A stretch of 29,002 nt of DNA from an uncultured Dehalococcoidales bacterium (GTDB taxonomy: Bacteria > Chloroflexota > Dehalococcoidia > GIF9 > AB-539-J10): the NCBI GenBank assembly GCA_964591975.1, contig CAZQBR010000002.1, positions 1 through 29,002 of the forward strand, in the 5' to 3' direction. Of the stretch, positions 1 through 9,239 are shown piece by piece. The translations under genes and the position numbers were made by a program. Each line of letters begins with the position of its first letter. Position 1 is the stretch's first letter. The notes under the pieces are model-generated. The model was given only the letters and a program-made list of their open reading frames with translations. It did not search any database and had not been told where the DNA came from.

Positions 1-2181
1 GTTCCAGCCTCCCTCGCTTGGCGGTTTGCAATCCGTACAGGGAAGAACCGGAGTATGCTGTGGTCCGCTGGCAGCGCCCCACCAATTGTAGGTAGCATCG
101 ACCACTGCAGTATCATTTTCGTTACAGATGCCATCGGGACCGTTGCCCACAATGTTATTGCATTGGATGATATTCCCTTCAGCAGTGTCGGTGAGATGGA
201 TGCCTGAATTCAGCATCGTGTTGTTCAGGATGTCGTTGCCCAAGATCTGGTTATCATTGCCCGCGACCCAGATGCCATGGTCATTATCACTTATCTCGTT
301 GTACTGGACAGTATTCTTTTGCGAATTCTCAGCCAGGCGTATCCCTTCATGGTGCTTGGTGATAATGTTATCGCTCACGATAGCACCATAGACTCCACCG
401 GAGCCTAGCTTTATACCGCAGCCGCACGCTACAGGGTCATTGTCGTTGAGAAAGTTGTGATGAATTTCGATGGTGGCGTCCAGCGCTCCGTAGGCCACAT
501 CAATACCATGGCCTGTGTTCTCCTCAATGGAATTATCGGGACCTATGGTCAATTCTCCTTCCGAGAATACGTCTACAACAAATACCCCTTGCCCCTCGTT
601 GCCTAGATAGGGTTCGCCGTGCCCATCCTCCCAGGCGCCGATGTCGTTGCCAGCCACGGTGACCGCTCCATAGATACCTTGGATGCGTATCCCAGTGTCC
701 TCCTCCACCCGAGCGTTTTCCGAAATCTTATTGCCCTCGATGTTGACTGTGCCAGTGTCACCTACCTGAAAGATATAAATCCCCTCACCCCCATTGCCGT
801 AGTAGCGCACGGGCGTACCTGAGCCTTCGGGATAGTAGGTCCAGCCGCCGATGAAGTTGCTATTGATGTCGACCTCGCCAAAGATAGCGCCAGCCCCCTG
901 CCCAAAATCTATGCCCTCAGCGTTATTCTCCGAGATTTTGTTATCCTCGATGGTAATGCTGCCTGTATCGCTTACCTCACCAATATGAATGCCGTCATCC
1001 GCGTTGCCGATCCTAATAAACGGCCCCAGCGGATCCGCCTTACCAAGCGCCCACGCGATGACGTTGTTCTTGATGTTGACATTACCGTCAACACTGGAGC
1101 CAGGAGGGGCAAAGTCTATGCCATCATCGCCATTTCCACCAATGTCGTTCTCCTCAATGGCAACATCAGCCCCGGCTGGGATGTCGTCAATGCATATTCC
1201 ATCGCCGCTATTCCCAACCAGAATCAACTGCTCCCCCGGCCACGTGAGCACTACGCCGCCAATAGTGTTTTCCACAATATTCACTGTGTTCCAGGCCTCA
1301 CTTATCTTTATTCCGCACCCACCGTTGTTGGAGATCATGTTTCTCCCAATATTGAGCAGAGTCCCCCCGTCAGCCACGTATATGCCGTCAGCAGCGTTGC
1401 TGTGGATGAAGCAATCCAGGATGTTAACCTTTTTCTCGGCAGACCCCGCATGTATCCCCCAGGAGCCGCCGCTTATCTCGAAACCCTGCACGGTAACTTC
1501 TACCGGGCCTTGTATCCGAATTATCGAGTCCGTCACCGGGTCGATATGAGTATTCTGCCAACCATCTGTGGACTGCAAGGTCAGCGACTTGTTTATGAGC
1601 AGTTTTTCGTTATACTTCCCCGGGTGCACCAGAATGGTGTCGCCTGGGTCGGCGAATTCTATGGCATTCTGGATGGATAGAAAATCGGCGTCTATGTAGC
1701 TGTTGGTGGCGTGGCCAATCCTGTAGGTTGTGCCGCCGTGATGACCGGTATACCACATATGATAGTTTGCGCCATCATAGAGAACATCTGGGCTGAATAC
1801 GTCAAAATCATCCCATTCCCCTGCTGAGCCCGGGTTGAGGACGGGGTCGCTCTCGGCATAAGGGGAGGCTGTTGTTGTCGGGTCATCATATTTAGTCCAA
1901 CTTATGCCGTCTGTGGAGCTGGCATAGCCAATCCGAGTGGTTGTGCCATCATAGCCACTATACCACATATGATAGGTTGCGCCATCATAGAGAACACCTG
2001 GGCTGTCTACCCGAACATCATCCCATTCCCCTGGTGAGCCAGGGTTGAGGACGGGATTGCCCTCATATTTTGTCCATTTGGATACATGCCAGGTATTCTG
2101 TGCACTGGCTGTCAAGGGAAAGGCGAACAAGGTGAGCACCACCGCCAGCAAAACACCGATAGCCACTCTTTGCTTCTTCAT
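1..2181 (-). CDS. Secreted right-handed parallel beta-helix (NosD/CASH-like) protein with two N-terminal glycosidase-like beta-propeller blade repeats; 3' end lies outside the window
   Basis: Manual translation gives an open frame from ATG 2181 (alternative ATG 2223) to base 1 with no stop, so the ORF track omits it. Signal peptide MKKQRVAIGVLLAVVLTLFAFPLTASA|Q; cap motif SIQNAIEFADPGDTILVHPGKYNE; many N-x-I-x-x-N-x-x-x-G-I rungs; DATYNWWGAASGP near the edge. GGGGG RBS-like run upstream of 2181. Confidence 0.88.
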   Translation of the reverse strand, partial: MKKQRVAIGVLLAVVLTLFAFPLTASAQNTWHVSKWTKYEGNPVLNPGSPGEWDDVRVDSPGVLYDGATYHMWYSGYDGTTTRIGYASSTDGISWTKYDDPTTTASPYAESDPVLNPGSAGEWDDFDVFSPDVLYDGANYHMWYTGHHGGTTYRIGHATNSYIDADFLSIQNAIEFADPGDTILVHPGKYNEKLLINKSLTLQSTDGWQNTHIDPVTDSIIRIQGPVEVTVQGFEISGGSWGIHAGSAEKKVNILDCFIHSNAADGIYVADGGTLLNIGRNMISNNGGCGIKISEAWNTVNIVENTIGGVVLTWPGEQLILVGNSGDGICIDDIPAGADVAIEENDIGGNGDDGIDFAPPGSSVDGNVNIKNNVIAWALGKADPLGPFIRIGNADDGIHIGEVSDTGSITIEDNKISENNAEGIDFGQGAGAIFGEVDINSNFIGGWTYYPEGSGTPVRYYGNGGEGIYIFQVGDTGTVNIEGNKISENARVEEDTGIRIQGIYGAVTVAGNDIGAWEDGHGEPYLGNEGQGVFVVDVFSEGELTIGPDNSIEENTGHGIDVAYGALDATIEIHHNFLNDNDPVACGCGIKLGSGGVYGAIVSDNIITKHHEGIRLAENSQKNTVQYNEISDNDHGIWVAGNDNQILGNDILNNTMLNSGIHLTDTAEGNIIQCNNIVGNGPDGICNENDTAVVDATYNWWGAASGPQHTPVLPCTDCKPPSEGGWN
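1749..2055 (-). repeat. Intragenic tandem duplication: 97-bp cores at 1749-1845 and 1959-2055, 210-bp period
   Basis: Hand alignment gives 87/97 identical nt. The cores encode PVLNPGSxGEWDDxxVxSPxVLYDGAxYHMWY; similarity extends through the following TTxRIGxA motif. Confidence 0.93.
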
Positions 2182-2255
2182 CACATCCCCCTTTTTTGAG
2201 TTCTTACCCGTGTTCTTTTCCATCCCACAACCCCACCACCCCACCACCCTTCTAA

Positions 2256-2284
2256 ATCATAAGAACCTTAGTACTATTTGTCAA
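2256..2284 (-). promoter_or_regulatory. sigma70-type promoter of the beta-helix gene
   Basis: TTGACA (2284-2279), 17-bp spacer, TATGAT (2261-2256) on the minus strand. Confidence 0.75.
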
Positions 2285-2302
2285 TAGTCTTTAGGAAATA
2301 TC

Positions 2303-4069
2303 TCACATCTTTTCTGGAGCTGTCATACCCATGAGGGAAAGGGCTTTGGCTAAGACAATCTGAGTTGCCCTGACCAACTTGAGTCGGGCTTTAGTTAGTT
2401 GCTCATCCTGAGAAACGACCCGGCATTGCTTGTAGAAGCTGTGAAAGGCGGTAGCCAAATCCTGGGCATAGTAAGGCAGATGGTGGGGTTCCAGTGTGTT
2501 GGCAACCTGCTCTATTATCTCAGGCAAAAGGATTAGGCGCCGAATCAAAGTCAGCTCTGGCTCAGATGTGAGCAGGAAAACGTCGCCCTGTCTATAATCT
2601 ATCCCCCGTTGTTCAGCTAAGCGAAGAATGCTGGCAATCCGGGCGTGGGCATATTGAACATAATATACGGGATTATCTGCTGATTGCTTCTTAGCTAACT
2701 CCATATCGAAGTCCATCTGGCTATCAGCGGAGCGAGAAAGGAAGGAGAAGAGGCAAGCATCTGAACCTACCTCATCCACCACCTCCCGCAGGGTAATAAT
2801 ATCCCCGCTACGCTTGGACACCCTGACTACTTCCTCCCCACGCCGCAGAGTAACTAACTGGCAGATAATTACTTTGAGTTGCTCGGGGTCCTGCCCCAAG
2901 GCCTTCATCATTGCTTTCATTCGGGGAACATGCCCCTGATGGTCAGCTCCCCAAATATCAATCACCGAGTCGAATTTCCGCTCCAGAAACTTGTTGTAAT
3001 GATAGGCAATATCGGAGGCAAAATAAGTGGGAGTGCCATCGCTGCGCACTAGAACATTATCCTTATCCTCTCCCAAGGCGCTGGATTCAAACCAAATGGC
3101 GTTCTCCTTTTTAGCTACATAGCCCCTGCTTTCTAATAATGCCATTGCTTTGCTGGCTGTGCCGGTAAATACAGCGTTGCCGTAAAAAACGGAACTATCC
3201 GATTTCCCCTCATGCTCCCCTCTCTTTTGGGCGGCTTTGCCGCTAAGATAAAGGCTTTTTTCGCTAAACCAAACATCGAAATCAATATTTAGCAGCTTCA
3301 GGTCTTCCTTAATTCCCTGCATTATCTTGGCCAATCCAATCTTGGCTAACTCTGAAGCAGCCTCCTCTTGTAGCGAAAGTAAAAATTTATCACCCTGTTC
3401 CTGGATAATCTCCTTCGCCAGGTCAATCATGTAATTACCGAGGTAGCCATCGGAGGGCATAGCAATTTCCTTGCCCAGGCATTCTTGGTAACGAGCATGA
3501 AGAGAGCGGCCGAAACTATCTATCTGATTACCCATATCGTTTATGTAATATTCCTTTTCTACAGAGTAACCAGCGGCTGTGAGGACATTGGCCAGGGTGC
3601 TGCCTAAAACGGCACCGCGTCCATGGCCTACATGGAGAGGCCCAGTGGGGTTGACACTAACAAATTCAAGTTGAACTCGACTACCTTTGCCAAGATCAAT
3701 GTCACCGTATGATTTACCAGCATCCAAAATCAATCCCACCTGCGTGCTTAGCCAGTCATCCCGCAAAGTAAAGTTGATGAATCCTGGTGAAGCAATTAGA
3801 GCCTTCTCAATTTCAGGCGGGGGTAATATATGCTCAGACACCTTCTCTGCTATAGCCATGGGAGGCATTCCCATAGAGCGAGCTAGCTTCAAAGGGAGCC
3901 CTGAGGCAAAATCTCCATATTCAGGATTCTGAGGATGTTCTATAACCACTTCAGGCAAAGATGCAGAAACAAGGGTGCCTTGTTTTTGTGCTTCCAACAC
4001 CGCTTGTTGCAAACATCTGGCTAGTTTTTGCTTGAGCGTGGGATTGCTTCGCTTAGTTCGCAATGACAT
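2303..4069 (-). CDS. argS: Arginine--tRNA ligase
   Basis: [18 protein letters not shown] (HIGH-type), [27 protein letters not shown]-terminal GMTAPEKM. Confidence 0.98.
   Translation of the reverse strand: MSLRTKRSNPTLKQKLARCLQQAVLEAQKQGTLVSASLPEVVIEHPQNPEYGDFASGLPLKLARSMGMPPMAIAEKVSEHILPPPEIEKALIASPGFINFTLRDDWLSTQVGLILDAGKSYGDIDLGKGSRVQLEFVSVNPTGPLHVGHGRGAVLGSTLANVLTAAGYSVEKEYYINDMGNQIDSFGRSLHARYQECLGKEIAMPSDGYLGNYMIDLAKEIIQEQGDKFLLSLQEEAASELAKIGLAKIMQGIKEDLKLLNIDFDVWFSEKSLYLSGKAAQKRGEHEGKSDSSVFYGNAVFTGTASKAMALLESRGYVAKKENAIWFESSALGEDKDNVLVRSDGTPTYFASDIAYHYNKFLERKFDSVIDIWGADHQGHVPRMKAMMKALGQDPEQLKVIICQLVTLRRGEEVVRVSKRSGDIITLREVVDEVGSDACLFSFLSRSADSQMDFDMELAKKQSADNPVYYVQYAHARIASILRLAEQRGIDYRQGDVFLLTSEPELTLIRRLILLPEIIEQVANTLEPHHLPYYAQDLATAFHSFYKQCRVVSQDEQLTKARLKLVRATQIVLAKALSLMGMTAPEKM
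4040..4068 (-). repeat. Short palindromic REP-like element GTCATTGCGA...GCAATCCC at the argS start
   Basis: Minus strand TGTCATTGCGAACTAAGCGAAGCAATCCC. Shares its termini with the argB copy and 19/23 nt with the copy at 6608-6630. Confidence 0.75.
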
Positions 4070-4072
4070 TTT

Positions 4073-6604
4073 TTAACTCCATTCAGCATAGTTAGACAAT
4101 GCTTGGCTTAGTTGTTGACTTAAGAGTTGATGTCCAGCCTTCTTCAAATCAGGGTCGTGGTGAAAAAGAGTTATTGCCTCTTGCCGAGCCAGCTCCAAAA
4201 GGCGTAAATTGGACAGCTTAGCTATTTTGAGGTCAGGCAAACCGCTTTGATGGGTGCCAAAGAATTCCCCAGGCCCTCGTAATTCTAAGTCTTTTTCAGC
4301 AAGGGCGAAGCCATCGTGGATTTTCTCCATTAGCTGAAGGCGGCTCTTCACTTCAGGGGAAAGCTTTTCCGAGATAAGTATACAGTAGCCTTGTTCCTTA
4401 TCTCGCCCTACTCGCCCTCTAAATTGATGGAGTTGTGATAAGCCAAAGTGGTCAGCGCCTTCCACGAGAATCGTTGAGGCTTTAGGCACGTCAATGCCGA
4501 CCTCCACCACCGATGTCGACACCAGGATATCAATCTGCCCGGCGCGGAAATGGCGCATTGTCTCCTCCTTCTCAGCACTATGCATTTGGCCATGGAGTAA
4601 TCCTAATCTTAGGTCTGGGAAGACTTCCCTGGATAGATACTTGTACTCAGTTGTGGCAGCCTTTGCCTCGAGTGATTCTGATTCTTCAACTAAAGGGCAA
4701 ATGATGAAAGCTTGTTTGCCAGTGCTAACCTGGCGACGGAGAAAGTTATAAGCCTTCTCTCTATATTGTGCTTCAAGGCATTTTGTTTTCGCCACCTGCC
4801 GCCCCGGAGGCAACTCATCAATAACGGAGAGGTCGAGATCTCCATAAAGCGTCAGTGCCATAGTCCGAGGAATAGGTGTAGCTGTCATAACCATTACATG
4901 GGGGTTAAAACCTTTTTGGCGTAATGCAGAGCGTTGTAACACGCCAAAGCGATGTTGCTCATCTATCACCGCCAGACCTAACTTACTGAATTCCACTTCC
5001 TTTTGAATGATGGCGTGGGTGCCAATAACAATGTCAACTTTACCTTCCTTGATTTTATGATGCAAATCCTCTTTTTCACTATTGCTAAGGCTCCCGATGA
5101 GCAGAGCAAGGGCAAGCGGTCTTGAAAGGAATCCCTGGCAGCACCTAATATTGCCTGCCTGCTCTTCTCGGCAAGAAAGAGGTCCTTCCAAGCATCTTCC
5201 CATACTTGAAGGAGAGTTGGCACCAACTTTAGACAAATAGCCACAAGTATTGTCGAAATGTTGCTCAGCTAAAACTTCAGTGGGTGCCATTAGTGCTCCT
5301 TGATAGCCATTGGCCACAGCTATTAGTAGAGCTAAGATAGCAATCACGGTTTTGCCGCTACCTACCTCTCCCTGAAGAAGGCGAGACATAGCTCTTGCTT
5401 GTTTCAAATCGGTTAAAATTTCCTGAAGTACCCTTTCTTGAGCCTGAGTCAAAGAGAAGGGCAAGCAATGTAAGAATCTATCAATAATCTCTTGGTCTAT
5501 CTCAAAGGCATTGCCCGGCTGGCTTTCTTGCCAATCTCGCTTCCTGGCTAACACGCCTAGCTGAAGAAGAAATAGCTCGTCGAAGGCTAATCTTTCCCTT
5601 GCCTTCTCCGCCATTATTTGATTATCAGGATAGTGAATTTGTGTGATGGCATCAAAGAGACCTGATAGTTGGCATCGAGCTCTTGTCTCTGGGGGTAAGA
5701 AATCATCTGCTTGCCATGCCCAGCCATCAAGGGCTTCCTTGGTCCATTTCCTCACTCGTCGGGCATATAAGCCTTGTGTAAGGGGGTAAATGGGAACGAG
5801 GCGGCCAGCATGAATTAACTCCTTATCTTCAAGCAGTTCCCACTCAGGGGACTCAAAAACCTTTTGCCCTTTGAATACGCCTACTGTGCCACTAAGTACT
5901 AGCTGAGCATTGGTGGAAAATTTCCTAGCTAAATAAGGTTGATTGAACCAGACTACCCTAATGTTTCCTGTTTCATCGCCCACGATTGCCTCTGTGCCTC
6001 GTTTGTTACCAAAGGTAGCTACTCTGGCTTGCCATATTGTGGCTATGGTAGTTTGTTCATCGCCTTCCTTAAGCTCAGCAACAAGTTTGCTCTGGCTGTA
6101 ATCAACATACCTTCGAGGGAAAAAATAAAGTAAATCGTGAATCGTCCTCACATTTAGCTTAGCCAATTTAGTAGCTATACTAGGCGTAATGCCTCTGATA
6201 ACTGTTATAGGCGAATCTAATCCTCTGCTAGTTCCTTCGCTTCGTTCAAGACTTCGCTTTTGGGGGTGCAACTTAGCTACTCCTGGCACTCTATCCTTAT
6301 TCCTTTCCCTTGAAGAGATAGGAGAGATGAGGGTATTTCTCTCTACCTCTTCTAACCTGATTATCCAATCAAAAATGCTTGTTACCCACCCCCTGCGTTC
6401 ATTAGCGCTAAGAGAGCTATAATCGGAATTAGCTAAGTTGAGTCCATCAAAACTGGCTAAAAACTGTGGGTTAGCTATAGTTTGTCTGATTGATTTTACC
6501 TGATTGTGAAGATATTTATCCAACCCACCGATTACCGCTTTATTGGTATAAGCTTTTTTACACTCTAGCTCAAGAACATTCCGCAGCGAATCAATGCTTG
6601 TCAT
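4073..6604 (-). CDS. recG: ATP-dependent DNA helicase RecG
   Basis: RLLQGEVGSGKT, MAPTEVLAEQH, VIDEQHRFGV, MTATPIPRT, QLHQFRGRVGR, DLELRGPGEFFGTHQSG; wedge domain at the N-terminus. Confidence 0.98.
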   Translation of the reverse strand: MTSIDSLRNVLELECKKAYTNKAVIGGLDKYLHNQVKSIRQTIANPQFLASFDGLNLANSDYSSLSANERRGWVTSIFDWIIRLEEVERNTLISPISSRERNKDRVPGVAKLHPQKRSLERSEGTSRGLDSPITVIRGITPSIATKLAKLNVRTIHDLLYFFPRRYVDYSQSKLVAELKEGDEQTTIATIWQARVATFGNKRGTEAIVGDETGNIRVVWFNQPYLARKFSTNAQLVLSGTVGVFKGQKVFESPEWELLEDKELIHAGRLVPIYPLTQGLYARRVRKWTKEALDGWAWQADDFLPPETRARCQLSGLFDAITQIHYPDNQIMAEKARERLAFDELFLLQLGVLARKRDWQESQPGNAFEIDQEIIDRFLHCLPFSLTQAQERVLQEILTDLKQARAMSRLLQGEVGSGKTVIAILALLIAVANGYQGALMAPTEVLAEQHFDNTCGYLSKVGANSPSSMGRCLEGPLSCREEQAGNIRCCQGFLSRPLALALLIGSLSNSEKEDLHHKIKEGKVDIVIGTHAIIQKEVEFSKLGLAVIDEQHRFGVLQRSALRQKGFNPHVMVMTATPIPRTMALTLYGDLDLSVIDELPPGRQVAKTKCLEAQYREKAYNFLRRQVSTGKQAFIICPLVEESESLEAKAATTEYKYLSREVFPDLRLGLLHGQMHSAEKEETMRHFRAGQIDILVSTSVVEVGIDVPKASTILVEGADHFGLSQLHQFRGRVGRDKEQGYCILISEKLSPEVKSRLQLMEKIHDGFALAEKDLELRGPGEFFGTHQSGLPDLKIAKLSNLRLLELARQEAITLFHHDPDLKKAGHQLLSQQLSQALSNYAEWS
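6233..6257 (-). repeat. Degenerate related repeat (CGAAG tandem) translated in the RecG N-terminal linker as SLERSEG
   Basis: Plus strand TCCTTCGCTTCGTTCAAGACTTCGC carries the same TTCGCTTCG core as the other copies. Confidence 0.5.
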
Positions 6605-6607
6605 TTT

Positions 6608-6630
6608 GAGATTGTTTCACTTCGTTCGCA
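6608..6630 (-). repeat. REP-like element between degV and recG
   Basis: Minus strand TGCGAACGAAGTGAAACAATCTC, 19/23 identical to the argS copy, ending 3 nt before the recG ATG. Confidence 0.7.
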
Positions 6631-6651
6631 GCTAACATCTACCATAAGCAG

Positions 6652-7488
6652 CTATTCTGCTTCAAGGACGGAAACACTTAGGACATGAGGGCCAACATGC
6701 GTGCCTACTACTGGGCTTACCTTGGAACGGTAGGTATGCTCTGGAGGGACTACATCCTTAAGTTGCTGAGCTAATATCTCTAATTCGTCAGGGGTAGTAG
6801 CATCCTCAATAACTAGAGCTTCGATATCGTTAAAACCTTTGACAAAATTCACTAGAAAGTCCATTGCTTGAGCTCGGCTGCGAGGTCGAGCAAAAGGAAA
6901 AGTATTTCCATTCTTTATCCCTAAAACTGGGTTTACCTTTAGCAAACTACCAAGGAAAGCTTGTGCCTTGCCAATACGTCCACCCTTTCTTAAATAGTCC
7001 AAGGTGTCGAAGCTCATACGTAAATGTACTCGGGAAATCGCTCTCCTCACCCAGTCAACGATTTGGTCTAAGTTAGCTCCTGATTCAGCCATCTGAGTTG
7101 CTGAAATGACTAAGAGCATCTGTCCGCCTATTGCTACTTGAGAATCAATAACCTCAATGCGGCAATCCTTGGTAACCATAGCTTTACCTTGAAGTGCACT
7201 CCCGTAAGTGCCGCTAAACATCTGAGAAGCTATTATAGCTAGGATTTCGTTTGTCTCTTCAGCTAATTTGGTAAAAAGCTCAGCAAAAAAATCAGGGGTG
7301 ACAGTTGACGTACTCGGGATGGTCTTGCTTTTTTCTAGTAGGTGGTAGAATTCCTCTGTGCTCAAGTCAACATTATCGCGGTAAGACTCATTGCCAAATT
7401 GGACAAACAATGGCACTAGGGTAATTCCAAGCTTCTGCGCCAGTTGGGGAGTAATATCGGAGAGGCTATCAGTTACAATCTTAACCAT
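6652..7488 (-). CDS. DegV family fatty-acid-binding protein (FakB-like)
   Basis: VKIVTDS start, PSTSTVTP, IEVIDS, LRKGGRIGKA, VGTHVGP. Start placed at ATG 7488 (GAGG RBS) rather than 7503. Confidence 0.93.
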   Translation of the reverse strand: MVKIVTDSLSDITPQLAQKLGITLVPLFVQFGNESYRDNVDLSTEEFYHLLEKSKTIPSTSTVTPDFFAELFTKLAEETNEILAIIASQMFSGTYGSALQGKAMVTKDCRIEVIDSQVAIGGQMLLVISATQMAESGANLDQIVDWVRRAISRVHLRMSFDTLDYLRKGGRIGKAQAFLGSLLKVNPVLGIKNGNTFPFARPRSRAQAMDFLVNFVKGFNDIEALVIEDATTPDELEILAQQLKDVVPPEHTYRSKVSPVVGTHVGPHVLSVSVLEAE

Positions 7489-7505
7489 TATTCTTTGCCT
7501 CAAAA

Positions 7506-9134
7506 CTATTCCAGTGAAATTATATAATCATAGTGGGGTTGACCACCATAAACCACCTCAACCTCAATTTGGTATTTATTACGGACTTCTTGAGCTATCT
7601 CCTCAGCTTCACTAATCTCAATCCCAGCACCATAATAAATGGCTGCTATTTCCATGGTTTCGGTTTCTGCTCTCCTTAGGGCTTCAAAAATAACATCCGG
7701 CATTTTATCGCCACCAGCTATCAAATCCCCATCATTTAAGACAGCAATAAATTGCCCCTTTTTTATTGTTAAGCCATAAAGCTGCGTCTTGCGCACAGCT
7801 TTAGTAATTTCTATGGTCTTTACTTGGGTTATTGCCTCCTCCATAATTTGAGCATTTTCCTCTAGGTTCGTGTCATAACTGAAAGCGAGAAATGCCGCAA
7901 TGCCTTGGGGGATAGTATTAGTAGGCACTACCTTCACCTTCTTTGAAGTTAAAGACTGAATTTGAGAAGCTGTGAGGATGATGTTCTTGTTGTTAGGCAA
8001 TAGTATAACCTTGTCCGAGGGAGCTGATTCCACAGCCTGTAATAGCTCGCGAACGCTGGGATTCATTGTTTGACCACCAGGGACAATAATTGTGCTACCT
8101 AGGCTATTAAATACCTCAAAAAAACCATCCCCAGAGGCAACCGTTACTATGGCGATATCGCCCGCTGGCATTCTTTCCCTTTGCATTCTAATGAATTCGG
8201 CATATTGGTCATCCATATTATTGATATCTATTTGGTGTAGTTTGCCTAACTTCGTAGCATACTGAATAACTTCTCCAGGCTCAAAGCTGTGAATATGAAC
8301 TCTCATCAGAGAGTCAGTACCAGTAACTATTAGAGATTGTCCCTTCTTCTTAAGGTCTCTTGTGATCTTGCTCAAATTGAGATTCTGCCCCTCTAGGACA
8401 AAATTAGTGCAATATCCATAAGGTGTCTCTAGCTTAGTAGCCATCTGAGTTGTCTTAGGAGCCAATGCTGATTCGGCAGCCACTATATAAGGTTTCCAGT
8501 ATTCTATCTTTCCTGCCTCTCCCTTAAGAAAATGGAGGGCGCCATTGAGCAAAACATAGAATCCCTGCCCACCAGCATCTACCACCCCAGCCTCCCTTAA
8601 TACCGGCAGTAAGCTAGGCGTCCGAGCCACTGAATCCTCAGCCGATTTTACTGCAGCTTCTATTACTGAAACTAAAGTATCACCATTTTCAGATGCTGTT
8701 TCAGCAGCCCTAGAAGCGTCCTTAATTACCGTCAAGATTGTCCCCTCTACAGGGTTGACGATCCCTTCGTAGGCAATTTGTGACCCTTCAGCCAGTGCCT
8801 TGGCAAGGTCTTTGCCATTAAAATAAGTCCTGCCCTCTAGCCCTTTAGCCAAACCGCGCCAGAATTGAGACAGAATAACCCCTGAATTACCCCGGGCTCC
8901 CATTAGGGAGCCATAAGCCATTGATTTGGCTACTGAAGAAACATCGCTGTTCGAAGTTCGGTTTGCCTCCTCCATGGTGGACTTCATGGTAAGCAACATG
9001 TTGGTTCCGGTGTCACCATCGGGAACTGGAAAAACATTTATAGCATTGATATCAGGAGCGCTTTTCTCCAGCCAGGCAGTTCCTGAGGCAAACATGTCTT
9101 TCAATATTTGCCCATCCACCAATTCAACCTCCAC
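7506..9134 (-). CDS. DAK2 domain protein (fatty acid kinase FakA/YloV-like)
   Basis: INAINVFPVPDGDTGTNM, GARGNSGVILSQ, VVDAGGQG, GGQTMNPS, GGQPHYDYIISLE. Confidence 0.95.
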   Translation of the reverse strand: MEVELVDGQILKDMFASGTAWLEKSAPDINAINVFPVPDGDTGTNMLLTMKSTMEEANRTSNSDVSSVAKSMAYGSLMGARGNSGVILSQFWRGLAKGLEGRTYFNGKDLAKALAEGSQIAYEGIVNPVEGTILTVIKDASRAAETASENGDTLVSVIEAAVKSAEDSVARTPSLLPVLREAGVVDAGGQGFYVLLNGALHFLKGEAGKIEYWKPYIVAAESALAPKTTQMATKLETPYGYCTNFVLEGQNLNLSKITRDLKKKGQSLIVTGTDSLMRVHIHSFEPGEVIQYATKLGKLHQIDINNMDDQYAEFIRMQRERMPAGDIAIVTVASGDGFFEVFNSLGSTIIVPGGQTMNPSVRELLQAVESAPSDKVILLPNNKNIILTASQIQSLTSKKVKVVPTNTIPQGIAAFLAFSYDTNLEENAQIMEEAITQVKTIEITKAVRKTQLYGLTIKKGQFIAVLNDGDLIAGGDKMPDVIFEALRRAETETMEIAAIYYGAGIEISEAEEIAQEVRNKYQIEVEVVYGGQPHYDYIISLE

Positions 9135-9239
9135 TTCCTTTTCACCTCCCTTAGTACAATTGCCACCACGGCATTAGTGTGATAGCATTACTATGATAAC
9201 CGAGGTATCATTTATAGTAAAGGGGGTTAAAACCTACCC

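Noticed and set aside
1285-1625. Apparent frameshifts in the beta-helix gene at G/A homopolymers
   Set aside because: A recount (C4 at 1618-1621, C6 at 1363-1368, T3 at 1287-1289) shows the frame is continuous. The track misses the gene only because it has no stop in the window.
985-1680. 231-aa and 186-aa plus-strand ORFs (also 128-391 and 619-822)
   Set aside because: Antisense shadows of the minus-strand beta-helix gene, with no recognisable motifs.
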